Shown here piece by piece: positions 10,548 through 19,415 of a stretch of DNA of 56,931 bases; within the stretch, counting starts at the first letter, position 1; each line of letters starts with the position of its first letter. The translations under genes were made by a program, and so were the position numbers. The notes beneath the pieces are model-generated. The model did no database searches and had not been told where the DNA came from. It saw only the letters and a list, made by a program, of their open reading frames with translations. Origin of the DNA: a virus (taxonomy: Duplodnaviria; Caudoviricetes); IMG/VR virus record IMGVR_UViG_3300009091_000002, positions 1 to 56,931 of that record; one strand, written 5' to 3'.

Positions 10548-10701
10548 GGTAATTGGCTAAGTCCATTGCCTCCTCTTGGGCATGACGTAGCCAATCCAGA
10601 CGGCACAAATCTTGGCGTTCTAAGGTCACTCCATATTTCTTCAACCCAAATTCAGCCCGCTTCTGAATCTTTTCGCAGACTGCATTTTCTATTGCGCTCA
10701 T
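10498..10701 (-). CDS. Small all-alpha protein, possibly MazG-like nucleotide pyrophosphatase
   Basis: G..KYG..L and HAQEEAMD...Y acidic helix motif; sits next to polA. Confidence 0.5.
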   Translation of the reverse strand: MSAIENAVCEKIQKRAEFGLKKYGVTLERQDLCRLDWLRHAQEEAMDLANYLEVLIQLEEEKDSGKA

Positions 10702-10823
10702 TTTGGCTCCTTCTTTACAGGTTCTGGTTTAGGCTTATTTATGCAATAGCACTTATAGTATCGAGAATGCCAACCAAGCTTGCACGGTTCGCATTTTATC
10801 CACTCCAACTCTTTTTCTTTCAT
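10698..10823 (-). CDS. 41-aa Cys-containing hypothetical protein (below ORF-track cutoff)
   Basis: MKEKELEWIKCEPCKLGWH...CYC; ATGA overlaps with both neighbours. Confidence 0.45.
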   Translation of the reverse strand: MKEKELEWIKCEPCKLGWHSRYYKCYCINKPKPEPVKKEPK

Positions 10824-11773
10824 GAACGCATGCCTGCAATAATTCCACGCAAGTTGTCCCCGTAGAAAGGACAAGGATTCGGGGCATTTTCAAAGGAAAT
10901 TGTTTTTGCAGCATCTTTTAGCAAAAGTAAGTATTTTCCGTGAAAACATGCTTCATGCTGAATTTCCTGTACCTCAACTGATGCCCCTTCACTATCAGCC
11001 AAAGTAGTGGAGACACTCCCATTGGTTAAAAAGATCCTTCCGTAATCATCAGCAAAAGGCATAATTTCCGCGATAGCTGTCCACAAATTAGGTGAGATTT
11101 CTTTCTGCTCCCCTGTTTGCGCTAACAGGCTGCTAATTGAATCCGGCCAAGCCATTGAGCATGTTGCCGTCCGAAGCCACCTCTTTCCTTTAAAATGAAA
11201 GGTACAGCTATCCTCATCCACTTGGAGGTATTCAGGTTCTTCACCAATGCGAAGAATTTCAGTGACGGCAGATTTTGGTATATTAATTTCTATTGGAAAG
11301 GAGGATCCAAGCCAATGCTCTATGAGGATAACATTATTGGTTGCAAAAGCAGATTGCCCCCGAAAAAGAATGCCCCTCGCCCACGGACGGGAGGCATCTT
11401 CAGCTATAAAAGGAACCAGCTTTTTTAGTATTTTCAGAATTCCAACAGGAAGCCGAACTTCCTGACCTGTTGGCTGGACATCAGGAAATACCTCCGGCAA
11501 ACAATCAATGAATGCTTTAAATTTTCCTGACCGGATTGATAGCTTTCCTCCTGGAGTCAGGTGGAGCTGGATGGTATCCTTACACGTTTGAATAGCTTTA
11601 ATAAATGGAACTGCCTTAGGGCTGATTTGCAGGTCAAGCTCAATAGGACTACTTAAAGCCATTACTCCATTAAATCCACGAATATAATTATTCTCAATTC
11701 GAAAGTGGGTAAGCTCTGGGAGGTAATCTTTTGCTGCAACTGCTCCTTGAACGAACTTTATTGATTTTAGCAT
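10820..11773 (-). CDS. DNA polymerase III beta-clamp-like protein
   Basis: N-terminus (FVQGAV..K...P.L.H..I), SRPWARGILF....AFATN motif resembling DnaN domain 2; 317 aa; near polA. Confidence 0.7.
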   Translation of the reverse strand: MLKSIKFVQGAVAAKDYLPELTHFRIENNYIRGFNGVMALSSPIELDLQISPKAVPFIKAIQTCKDTIQLHLTPGGKLSIRSGKFKAFIDCLPEVFPDVQPTGQEVRLPVGILKILKKLVPFIAEDASRPWARGILFRGQSAFATNNVILIEHWLGSSFPIEINIPKSAVTEILRIGEEPEYLQVDEDSCTFHFKGKRWLRTATCSMAWPDSISSLLAQTGEQKEISPNLWTAIAEIMPFADDYGRIFLTNGSVSTTLADSEGASVEVQEIQHEACFHGKYLLLLKDAAKTISFENAPNPCPFYGDNLRGIIAGMRS

Positions 11774-12700
11774 TTAAAATAAACCTATCTGGTCAAGTAT
11801 AAATTTCTGGTCGTTTGGACGGGATGCCATCTGTTTTCCTAAGTTATCATAAGCATAGATATTATAACTCCACCTGGATAGATAAGTTTCCCTCATTCTT
11901 TCAGTGTCTACACCAAGTTTTTGGAACTTTTCTTCTATTGCTTTTCTCTGGAGTGGAGGAAGGGAATCAATATGCTGGCCTTCCACCTTTCGGTTTGGTG
12001 ACTGGTTTGAGACATTAATTACTTTAGCCTCCGGAAGCATAAGCATTCCACCGACCCTAGCAGTTTGTACCCAGGATGACGAATCCACTGAATACCACGG
12101 ATACCGTTCCATTAAGGAAATTGTGGTCAATCCAAAACCGTGTACTTTTATCTTTGGGCGTCCAGAACCATCGATCAGGTATTTTTCCCAGATTCGGTCG
12201 AGCCATAGTCTAAGCTGCGGCGTTGATATTGGAACCATTCCTCCGAGAGTTATGTAACTATAATTGGCAACGTACCATTCAAGGTATTTTTCATCCTCTC
12301 CATAATGAAAACACGGGAGCGGGCGGACACCAAGTTTTTCCATTTTCAACTGATTTTGCCAAGTTTTTAGTGGATCACCAATACCATCCAAGACTGAAGC
12401 TAAAACGTCATTATCCTCTTTTTTAATAATATCAGCGTTATCCTGGATATACCGACAATATTTTGGCATATCAATCTCAACTCCTTTTGTGAAGGCGGAG
12501 AATGCCCCAGAATCCAAGAATACTGTTTGCTTATCCCTTCGGATGCTATCCACAAAGGATTGGCGATTTATATAATGGTAGCTTTCCAAATGGTGTGTTA
12601 CACTCCTCCGTTGATACTTTTCATTTTCTGTAAGCCTATTATATAAGCTCCCATCAAAACAGAAGTTAGCGGTGTAAATTCCAGCGAGGTAGAGGCGCAT
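11774..12700 (-). CDS. dpdA: TGT-fold DNA transglycosylase (DpdA-like, 7-deazaguanine insertion)
   Basis: FLDSGAFS, LD.IGD, P.FH.GE, LGGMV, VHGFG, SVDSSSW motifs of TGT-like enzymes; linked to the que/folE cluster. Confidence 0.7.
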   Translation of the reverse strand: MRLYLAGIYTANFCFDGSLYNRLTENEKYQRRSVTHHLESYHYINRQSFVDSIRRDKQTVFLDSGAFSAFTKGVEIDMPKYCRYIQDNADIIKKEDNDVLASVLDGIGDPLKTWQNQLKMEKLGVRPLPCFHYGEDEKYLEWYVANYSYITLGGMVPISTPQLRLWLDRIWEKYLIDGSGRPKIKVHGFGLTTISLMERYPWYSVDSSSWVQTARVGGMLMLPEAKVINVSNQSPNRKVEGQHIDSLPPLQRKAIEEKFQKLGVDTERMRETYLSRWSYNIYAYDNLGKQMASRPNDQKFILDQIGLF

Positions 12701-12918
12701 TAGATTTCAAGTTTAAAAGAATAGTTAAGAGAATTAAAGATGAACTGGATTTCAGTGAAACCATCTTCTTTTAGTTCTTCTACTTGCTGCTTATTAACAT
12801 AAGGTCCTTTTCTAATCTTGAAATCTTTATTATTGTCCCAGTCGGATAAAACATCCTCACGACTGGAATAATCCCTTCCGCAGGCAGGAAATACCGTTAA
12901 AGCTATTTGCTTTTGCAT
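12700..12918 (-). CDS. Hypothetical protein
   Basis: 72 aa, GGAG RBS, GRDY....V..DW...KDF motif; first gene after a consensus promoter. Confidence 0.7.
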   Translation of the reverse strand: MQKQIALTVFPACGRDYSSREDVLSDWDNNKDFKIRKGPYVNKQQVEELKEDGFTEIQFIFNSLNYSFKLEI

Positions 12919-12977
12919 ATTAATTCTCCAAAAGAGTTAAAATAAAAATGGAATCAAGAGTTACGAGACTTGATTCC

Positions 12978-13005
12978 ATTATATAGAATAACTCTACTAT
13001 GTCAA
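12978..13005 (-). promoter_or_regulatory. Sigma70-type promoter TTGACA-N16-TATAAT
   Basis: Perfect -35 and -10 hexamers on the - strand upstream of the dpdA/clamp/polA run. Confidence 0.7.
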
Positions 13006-13026
13006 CTTTTGTTTTGATTAAATTAT

Positions 13027-13563
13027 CTAACGAATACCTTTCGACGCAGTTACTTTTTCCTGGTTGTTATATTGCCCCCTAATAGCATAACTGGCATGGG
13101 AAGGAACTTCAGCCACTTGGAAGAATTTCATTTGCCCGATAGGCATTCCAGGGCGAAGCCGAAGCTGATGGCATCTGGTAACATTAAACAGCTCAAGGGT
13201 CAACTTTGAGCTATGCCATCCAGGGTCAGCATATCCGGCAAGGCAATGGTTAAGCCCATTCCTAGCCAGAGATGATTTTTGAACATATTCGGCAACGATA
13301 GTGTTCGGAAGGTTAAACTCTTCTATTGAAGATGCCAGAATGAATTCACCAGGCGCTAACAAGTATCCTGACGGAGTCATCTCATATTCCACTGTTTCAA
13401 TATTCTCCTTTGCGGAAAGATCAATCGCTCCAGACCTTCCTTCCATCCGGATAAAAGCATCAAGAGTTATATCAATAGATGCTCCGTTAATTTGAGATAG
13501 CTTAGCGTTGATTACACCTCGACTAACCAATTCAACTAACTGTGTATAAGACAAAAGGCCCAT
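13027..13563 (-). CDS. dcd: dCTP deaminase
   Basis: ASIDITL, L.PGEFILA, KSSLAR.GL, AG..DPGW, LTLEL.N, PG..IGQ, Y...GQY..Q motifs. Confidence 0.92.
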   Translation of the reverse strand: MGLLSYTQLVELVSRGVINAKLSQINGASIDITLDAFIRMEGRSGAIDLSAKENIETVEYEMTPSGYLLAPGEFILASSIEEFNLPNTIVAEYVQKSSLARNGLNHCLAGYADPGWHSSKLTLELFNVTRCHQLRLRPGMPIGQMKFFQVAEVPSHASYAIRGQYNNQEKVTASKGIR

Positions 13564-13575
13564 TACTGCTTTCCT

Positions 13576-15318
13576 TTATTTAATTAATGTTAAAAATTCT
13601 GCCCTTGCTGAATCGTTTTCTTTAAGAACTCCTCGCAAGGAACTAGTTATGGTTGAATGCCCTTGTTGGCAGATCCCCCTTGATTCCATACAAAGATGGC
13701 GGGCTGAAATAACTACACCCACACCTTTAGGCTGGAGATTATCATTTAAGGCATCAGCAATTTGGTTGGTTAATCTTTCCTGTACTTGGAGGCGTCTTGA
13801 AAACATATCGACAATGCGGCTTATTTTAGAGAGCCCAACAATATGCCCATCCGGAATATAGGTTACTGAAGCTGTTCCAAAGAAAGGGGCAAGGTGGTGC
13901 TCACAATTGTGAACTGCAATACCGTTTGCAAAAAATAGTTGTGTTTCTGGAACAGTCATACACCATACGTCCTCAGTATAATCCAAAGGTTGAACTCCTA
14001 TTACAACGTGATTTCTTGCTTTTTGTATTCCATCACTTGTAAGTTTGCATCGTTTTTCATACGCAACTTTATTTTCTTTTAATTTATCCCAATATGCCTT
14101 AACGGATGCACTTCTTTTTTCTCTAACTTCTTCTCTACCTGAAGCAATTGCAGCCGCATTTTTTCTATTTTGGTTATTTGCTAATTTTTCAGTTCTTTTA
14201 TGCGCTAGATTATGCTGAGCGATAGTTAAAATTTCTAAATTCTCTGGGCTATTATCCCAAAGCTCTTCATTTATATGATGCGTTATAAAACTCCTACCAT
14301 CTGAATAATCAGTAGAATCTAAAAATGATTTAACAAATCTATGTTCTAAAATACCTTTAGATTCACCGTTTATTTTAATTCCGTCATGCCAGCGTGTATA
14401 TCGTGAGGCTATTAATTTCGAATAACTTTGTGCTCCAGAAAAAACAGTTTCAGTGGATCTATATAACGAGGCTAACCTATCACCATTTTTAAGATTTTGT
14501 GCTTCTTTCCATTCACCTGTAGTAAGAAGAATTTTATGATCGGGTGTACAAATTAAAGTATCGTTATCAGTATGCAAAGATACTAATTTAGCATTACGTT
14601 GTGTGATTCTTGGGTTTACGCACTTTGTAATTGCGAGTTCCATTGTTAAAGGGTTCATTGTATAAATCAAATCACCGTTGGTTAATTTACTAATTGGTAC
14701 TCTTCCTTTAGGAGTTTCAACAAATGTAGAACCTATAACGCAATGACTATAAAATGGAATATCGCGGATAATCACCATCTCATCGCAACCATCTGCTCCA
14801 TCTTCAAAAACCTTGAGGATATCTTCTGGCTTTTTCGAATATCCGGAAGTCCAATGCTGCCAAGCTTTTGCGACGCGTTTTGGTGTTTCAAGCAATCCTT
14901 GGCGGGTAGGATCTTCTCCAATAAATTGGATCAACCGAGTTATATTATCCTCGATACTACCATCGGAATCGCCTTCCCATGGAAAAACTACCCAAGCATC
15001 TTTAAACGGGCTTGATTCCACCGAATTATCAATTAGGGCAAAGAAAGGTTTATCCGGATATTTATGGAGATAGCGGAGTCTAGTAGCTCCAGAGTCTATA
15101 ATATCATCCATAAAGAAATCGGCTTCTTCTGGATTATCTGTGATTCTTATAACCCTAGAGGATTCGGCAGCTACCGCGTACAAGGCTATACTTCCTCCAC
15201 GAGGGATTCCGAAGGCTGTTAGGTACGGCCTTCTTTCAAATAGCTCAGATATTTTTCCGGAAACTATTTCTGCTAAATAGGAAACATCTTTGTTGTTTAA
15301 AATTACTTTTTTAGACAT
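13576..15318 (-). CDS. folE: GTP cyclohydrolase I with N-terminal PRTase-like domain and an intein
   Basis: GEDP.R.GL.ETP.RVAK, (SH)-CEHH, GLSKI.R, RRLQVQERLT.QIA, HLCM..RG; N-terminal GIPRGG / DDIIDSGAT / WVVFPWE. Confidence 0.93.
   Translation of the reverse strand: MSKKVILNNKDVSYLAEIVSGKISELFERRPYLTAFGIPRGGSIALYAVAAESSRVIRITDNPEEADFFMDDIIDSGATRLRYLHKYPDKPFFALIDNSVESSPFKDAWVVFPWEGDSDGSIEDNITRLIQFIGEDPTRQGLLETPKRVAKAWQHWTSGYSKKPEDILKVFEDGADGCDEMVIIRDIPFYSHCVIGSTFVETPKGRVPISKLTNGDLIYTMNPLTMELAITKCVNPRITQRNAKLVSLHTDNDTLICTPDHKILLTTGEWKEAQNLKNGDRLASLYRSTETVFSGAQSYSKLIASRYTRWHDGIKINGESKGILEHRFVKSFLDSTDYSDGRSFITHHINEELWDNSPENLEILTIAQHNLAHKRTEKLANNQNRKNAAAIASGREEVREKRSASVKAYWDKLKENKVAYEKRCKLTSDGIQKARNHVVIGVQPLDYTEDVWCMTVPETQLFFANGIAVHNCEHHLAPFFGTASVTYIPDGHIVGLSKISRIVDMFSRRLQVQERLTNQIADALNDNLQPKGVGVVISARHLCMESRGICQQGHSTITSSLRGVLKENDSARAEFLTLIK
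13906..14742 (-). mobile_element. Intein (279 aa) with HNH-type endonuclease
   Basis: Starts C-VIGSTFVET, block B CTPDHKIL, ends VWCMTV...FFANGIAVHN followed by extein Cys; internal EHR...HHIN....DN..ENL...H. Confidence 0.92.
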
Positions 15319-15320
15319 GG

Positions 15321-15782
15321 TTATTCCTTAATAAATGAGACTGAGCATTTACGGGTTTCCTCAATTACTACCTTAACTAAGGTACAACCAGTACCAAGAA
15401 GTTGTTGTGGCCCAATGATATTAACAAGGTATTCTGCCATATTTTCTGCCGTGGGATTAAAAGAAAGCCAAACCACAGATCTACTAAAATCAAGGAGATC
15501 AGAAGGATATAACCGATCTTTAAACTCTTCTAAATACAGAGAGGTCATTAAAGAATCTTTCTCCCATGCCAAAAACTTATGGTCCCAATTATCTTCTAAC
15601 CACATGCATAGCTTGTCTTTGATAATTCCAAAGTCCAGAACACGCCCGATTTCATCCAAGTTTTCTGCCTGAACAGAAAAATGGATGCGGTAATTATGTC
15701 CATGTAAGTGGCGGCATTTTCCCTCATGTCCAACAACCCGATGTCCGCAAGATATATCGTGGTAGCGTTCAGCGGTAATCAT
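15321..15782 (-). CDS. queD: 6-carboxytetrahydropterin synthase
   Basis: H......KC..LHGHNY, DF, DH..L, PTAEN.A, EET motifs. Confidence 0.93.
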   Translation of the reverse strand: MITAERYHDISCGHRVVGHEGKCRHLHGHNYRIHFSVQAENLDEIGRVLDFGIIKDKLCMWLEDNWDHKFLAWEKDSLMTSLYLEEFKDRLYPSDLLDFSRSVVWLSFNPTAENMAEYLVNIIGPQQLLGTGCTLVKVVIEETRKCSVSFIKE

Positions 15783-16597
15783 AAATTTCCTCCTTGCTCA
15801 AGTTCGGCAACTCTTTTATTATCAATAACATTTTTGTAATTGGGAGTAGAAGGTAACGCCATTAATCCTTCGCGGTAAGCACGAATTACTAAAGGGTCTG
15901 GATACCCAGCTTCTTCGAATCCTTTAGCGCGCAAAACGTTGGCATGGTTCATATCTGTTGGAGGATATTTTCCATCATAACTGGTATGGGAATAAGCTAA
16001 TGCCTCCCAGCAGCCAGAAAGCTTTGCTGCCATTTTCACTGATTCTTCCTTAGTTAAATACATAAGCGGTGTATGAATAATAATTCTCTCCTCTGATTCA
16101 ATATCATAGCCAAGGGCAGCATTAATATACTCCTGCGTGGCATTAATAAAAACATCCCGGCAGTCTGAATAGTTGGCATTATCCTGTTGGCACACGCCGG
16201 TAACTATGTTTTTAATTCCAAGAGCTTCTGCCCGATTGGCAGCAATAGTTAAAAATAAAGCGTTACGCATTGGGACGAAGGTAAGTTCCCTTCTGTCTCC
16301 AATAATCTTTTCCATAGTGGCGAAATCGGTGTACTGTTCTAATTCATTACCGCTGGTTAAGGGTGAAGAAGAAATTAAACAGTTTGGAACTTCAACTATC
16401 GAATGGCTTGCCACTCTTGCTATTTTTGCTATTTTTATGGCAGCATTAATTTCGATATGGTGACGTTGTCCATAATCAAAAGTTATGGCATAAACTTCAT
16501 CGAAATGTTGATGCGCCCAAAAAAGGCAGGTCGTAGAGTCTTGGCCACCGCTAAGTACTACTAAGGCTTTGGTTCTTCTCATTTTATTCGACTCCAA
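15779..16597 (-). CDS. queC: 7-cyano-7-deazaguanine synthase (variant lacking Zn-binding Cys)
   Basis: PP-loop SGGQDS, FDYGQRH..E, TFVP.RN..FL, Y.DCR, TPLM.L.K. Confidence 0.9.
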   Translation of the reverse strand: MESNKMRRTKALVVLSGGQDSTTCLFWAHQHFDEVYAITFDYGQRHHIEINAAIKIAKIARVASHSIVEVPNCLISSSPLTSGNELEQYTDFATMEKIIGDRRELTFVPMRNALFLTIAANRAEALGIKNIVTGVCQQDNANYSDCRDVFINATQEYINAALGYDIESEERIIIHTPLMYLTKEESVKMAAKLSGCWEALAYSHTSYDGKYPPTDMNHANVLRAKGFEEAGYPDPLVIRAYREGLMALPSTPNYKNVIDNKRVAELEQGGNL

Positions 16598-17282
16598 TTA
16601 TTTTATGTGTTTGTAGACAAAGGGTGTAGCCAAACTCCAAAGTACTTTTGACTGCTGCCTCTATATTATCCGCGTTTTTAAACATATCCTTTTCATCGGC
16701 TGGTTGGATATAAATAGTTCCTCTAAAATTTTTTGGAGGTCTAGCGAGGAATGGTTTTGCCAGATGGCCCAGTGCTTTACTCGGTAATCCATCTTCCATT
16801 ATATCATTCGCGCTAAGAACATACTTTAATGCTTTTATGTGGGGAAGTAAGAATTGGTTGATCGTCCCAGTCTTTGGACTACATACTATGGTTAGCCTTG
16901 GATCGCTGTAAGGAAGTTCTTGATAGAGAGTTCCATTTGTCTCGACCTGGACTAGATATCCTTGTCCAAGGAGAGTCCTTATTAAAGGGAGTAAATTTTG
17001 CCGGAAAGGTTCTCCACCAGTAATAACCACAAGATTCTTTGCCCTTGCTGGCAGCTTGGCATGAATGGCTGAAAAAATCAGTGACGGAGAAAGGCTAATT
17101 TTATTAGAGGTGTAATCGGTGTCGCATTGTGGACACTGGAGATTACACCCTTCGAGGCGAATAAAAACTGCCCTTCTTCCGGAGTATGGACCTTCACCTT
17201 GAATGGTTAAAAAGACTGAATGGACGCTTAGGCTGCCATTCGGAACAAAGATAGTCTTTGTTGGTTTTTGGTTATTTAACAT
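16584..17282 (-). CDS. queE: 7-carboxy-7-deazaguanine synthase (radical SAM)
   Basis: F.TIQGEG...G..AVFIRL.GCNL.C..CDT, ITGGEP, ETNGT, SPK, LQTHK. Confidence 0.95.
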   Translation of the reverse strand: MLNNQKPTKTIFVPNGSLSVHSVFLTIQGEGPYSGRRAVFIRLEGCNLQCPQCDTDYTSNKISLSPSLIFSAIHAKLPARAKNLVVITGGEPFRQNLLPLIRTLLGQGYLVQVETNGTLYQELPYSDPRLTIVCSPKTGTINQFLLPHIKALKYVLSANDIMEDGLPSKALGHLAKPFLARPPKNFRGTIYIQPADEKDMFKNADNIEAAVKSTLEFGYTLCLQTHKIIGVE

Positions 17283-17301
17283 TGAGTGACCTTCAATGGT
17301 T

Positions 17302-17319
17302 GGGGAGATTGCTCTCCCC
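17302..17319. terminator. GC-rich hairpin upstream of queE
   Basis: GGGGAGA-TTGC-TCTCCCC; weak U-tract. Confidence 0.4.
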
Positions 17320-17336
17320 GAGGTTGGATAGGAGGA

Positions 17337-17717
17337 TTATTCAGCGAATTCTTGGTCAGATTCTGGATTATCGTTGCCTTCTAAAGTGGCATCCAAATCA
17401 TCTTCAAGACTAGCAGCAGGAGCTTTTCCTTTCTCAGGTTCTTTCACTGCTTTTTCTTTGGCTTCTGGGACTTCTTTACTTAACCCATGGAATTTTCTCC
17501 ATAGACCGTATTGGGTTGTAGCAGTAGATTTATTAATGCCATCTTTTTCAGCTTGGGCAAGAACATCTTTGCGGGTAGCAGGAGAGTTGGTTTTGGAAGA
17601 CAACTTATCCGCAATTATCCAAACATTCCCAGTTTGAGTTCCAGCGTTTGGACGCGAAACTCCATTTTTTTCAGCGCGTTTAATTTTTTCTTTTTTTACA
17701 ACAGTTTCTTTATCCAC
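17337..17717 (-). CDS. Hypothetical protein with shared helical (wHTH-like) domain and acidic tail
   Basis: G.VW.IAD...TRK......GI...TA.TQY..WRK domain; GGAG RBS; promoter-like TTGACC-N17-TACTAT upstream. Confidence 0.8.
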   Translation of the reverse strand: MDKETVVKKEKIKRAEKNGVSRPNAGTQTGNVWIIADKLSSKTNSPATRKDVLAQAEKDGINKSTATTQYGLWRKFHGLSKEVPEAKEKAVKEPEKGKAPAASLEDDLDATLEGNDNPESDQEFAE

Positions 17718-17800
17718 GATATTTCTCCAATAGGTAAGATTAATTTAATTTGTTTTTGTGTACGGGATATAGTAGCTTATCTTTTAGTTTAGGTCAATCC

Positions 17801-18364
17801 TTATTTAGAACACTCTTTAGTGGATTTCCATTTCGCATACTGGGTACTCGCGGTAGCCTTGTTTATTCCAGCTTCCTCGCATTTTCGAATAATTAGGTGG
17901 CGAAGGTCTTTCCATTCTCCGATAAATTTTCCGGATTTCTGAACAATGCTTAATTGGTAAACATTATCAGCAATTTCCCATACCTGGCCGGTTTTTGAAG
18001 TTGAGACGGGTCTTACTGCCCCTTCCACTTTTTCTTGGTATTCTCCCAATGGAACCTCGGGAATTGCTATAGGTTCTTCCATTGGTAAGGCAGTAATTAG
18101 CAAATTAAGCGCCTCTACTAGTTTTGGTTTATTGAATGCTTCTCCATCCCATCTTTCCTCAGTCTGATTTTTGTAAAGTTCGGTTAACCTTGCAAAAGTA
18201 TAAGTTTGATACCAAGTTTCAATCGGATGAATGGCTATAGCCTCATCTGGATATTTATCCACCGCCAGATTACAGAGAGGCAGGTAAGTCTGTGCTTTGG
18301 CAATGAATTTTAATGGGCTGCGATTTAGCATAAGGTAGCACATTTTGGTTCTCCTGGATATCAT
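17801..18364 (-). CDS. Hypothetical protein with C-terminal shared helical domain
   Basis: TGQVWEIAD...GINKATASTQYAKWK. Confidence 0.8.
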   Translation of the reverse strand: MISRRTKMCYLMLNRSPLKFIAKAQTYLPLCNLAVDKYPDEAIAIHPIETWYQTYTFARLTELYKNQTEERWDGEAFNKPKLVEALNLLITALPMEEPIAIPEVPLGEYQEKVEGAVRPVSTSKTGQVWEIADNVYQLSIVQKSGKFIGEWKDLRHLIIRKCEEAGINKATASTQYAKWKSTKECSK

Positions 18365-18385
18365 CTTTGGCTTTAGCTTAGATTA

Positions 18386-18976
18386 TTACTTTGGCTGGCT
18401 AGCGTTCTGTGCTTGACGCCATAGCTGGTATTGAGTACGAGCGGTATAAAAAGCGATTCCAGCTAAAGAACATGCTTCGAGGATTTCCTTCCTTGTTACC
18501 TTTGGATCGGCAGAAAAAAGAACCCCCGCTATATTCCATACCTCCATACATGGTTTCTCATGTGTTGATTTACCACGTTCAGCAACAATTTTAGGAGTCT
18601 TTTTTGGTAAAGGATGGTAAATTAAGCCATCTCCAATGGTAGTAACCTCATGCTCCTTGGCAACCTCCGCCTGTTGGGCTGATGTCTTGGCATGAAATTC
18701 TTCTTCCTGAATACGTTTTTCTTCCAGGCGTTTTTCATTTTCCAGCCGAGCTTCTTCAGGGACTGGCTTCTCCTCTGGAATTTCCACTTGGGTAGTCTCT
18801 TCATTAAATTCTAGTCCGGTTACTTTTTCATATTGAAGAAGCTCCGCTTCCGCAATACTAAATCCCCATTTTCCGGAAGAGTCTTGGGATAAAAGAGAAT
18901 CAGCTGAGGCTAAAGCGGCGTCTCCGATTGCTTTCAAGGCGCGGCGAGCGTTTGATTTTGAAGAAAAAGTTTTCAT
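18386..18976 (-). CDS. Hypothetical protein with C-terminal shared helical domain
   Basis: VWNIA...TRKEIL.....GI...TARTQY.LWR; AGGAG RBS. Confidence 0.8.
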   Translation of the reverse strand: MKTFSSKSNARRALKAIGDAALASADSLLSQDSSGKWGFSIAEAELLQYEKVTGLEFNEETTQVEIPEEKPVPEEARLENEKRLEEKRIQEEEFHAKTSAQQAEVAKEHEVTTIGDGLIYHPLPKKTPKIVAERGKSTHEKPCMEVWNIAGVLFSADPKVTRKEILEACSLAGIAFYTARTQYQLWRQAQNASQPK

Positions 18977-19141
18977 GGCGATCTCCTAATTTTTATATAT
19001 TTTTTCGAATAAAAGATTTTCGAGATTTCTTATAATCTCCAGGTTAAAATGGACTCATCTGGGATCTCAGCAAGGCTTAAAAAGTTAAGCAAGTTTTCTG
19101 CCTGCTCGACAGATAGATCAAGGGTAACCTTAATAAACCTC

Positions 19142-19324
19142 TTAAACTAAATGAGCTTTTTTGCCGTCAAATTTTTCAGATTTAACTTCGCGGTTAAGGA
19201 TGCAAAACCGATTTTTATCATTGTAGTTCTTAATTATTTTTTGGGCCTGTTCAATGCTTTCTGCTTGACCTTTAAAGTTAGCGAATGTGTATGGTGCGTA
19301 ATACGTGACGCTAAAAGATTTCAT
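19142..19324 (-). CDS. Hypothetical protein
   Basis: 60 aa, GGAG RBS, promoter-like TTGATT-N16-GATAAT upstream. Confidence 0.55.
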   Translation of the reverse strand: MKSFSVTYYAPYTFANFKGQAESIEQAQKIIKNYNDKNRFCILNREVKSEKFDGKKAHLV

Positions 19325-19415
19325 AATAATTCTCCAAAGACTGTTTAAAGGAAATCTTTAAACTATGAAGCTATTATCAATCACTCTAACTAAAAATCAA
19401 CCATTATTTCACTTT

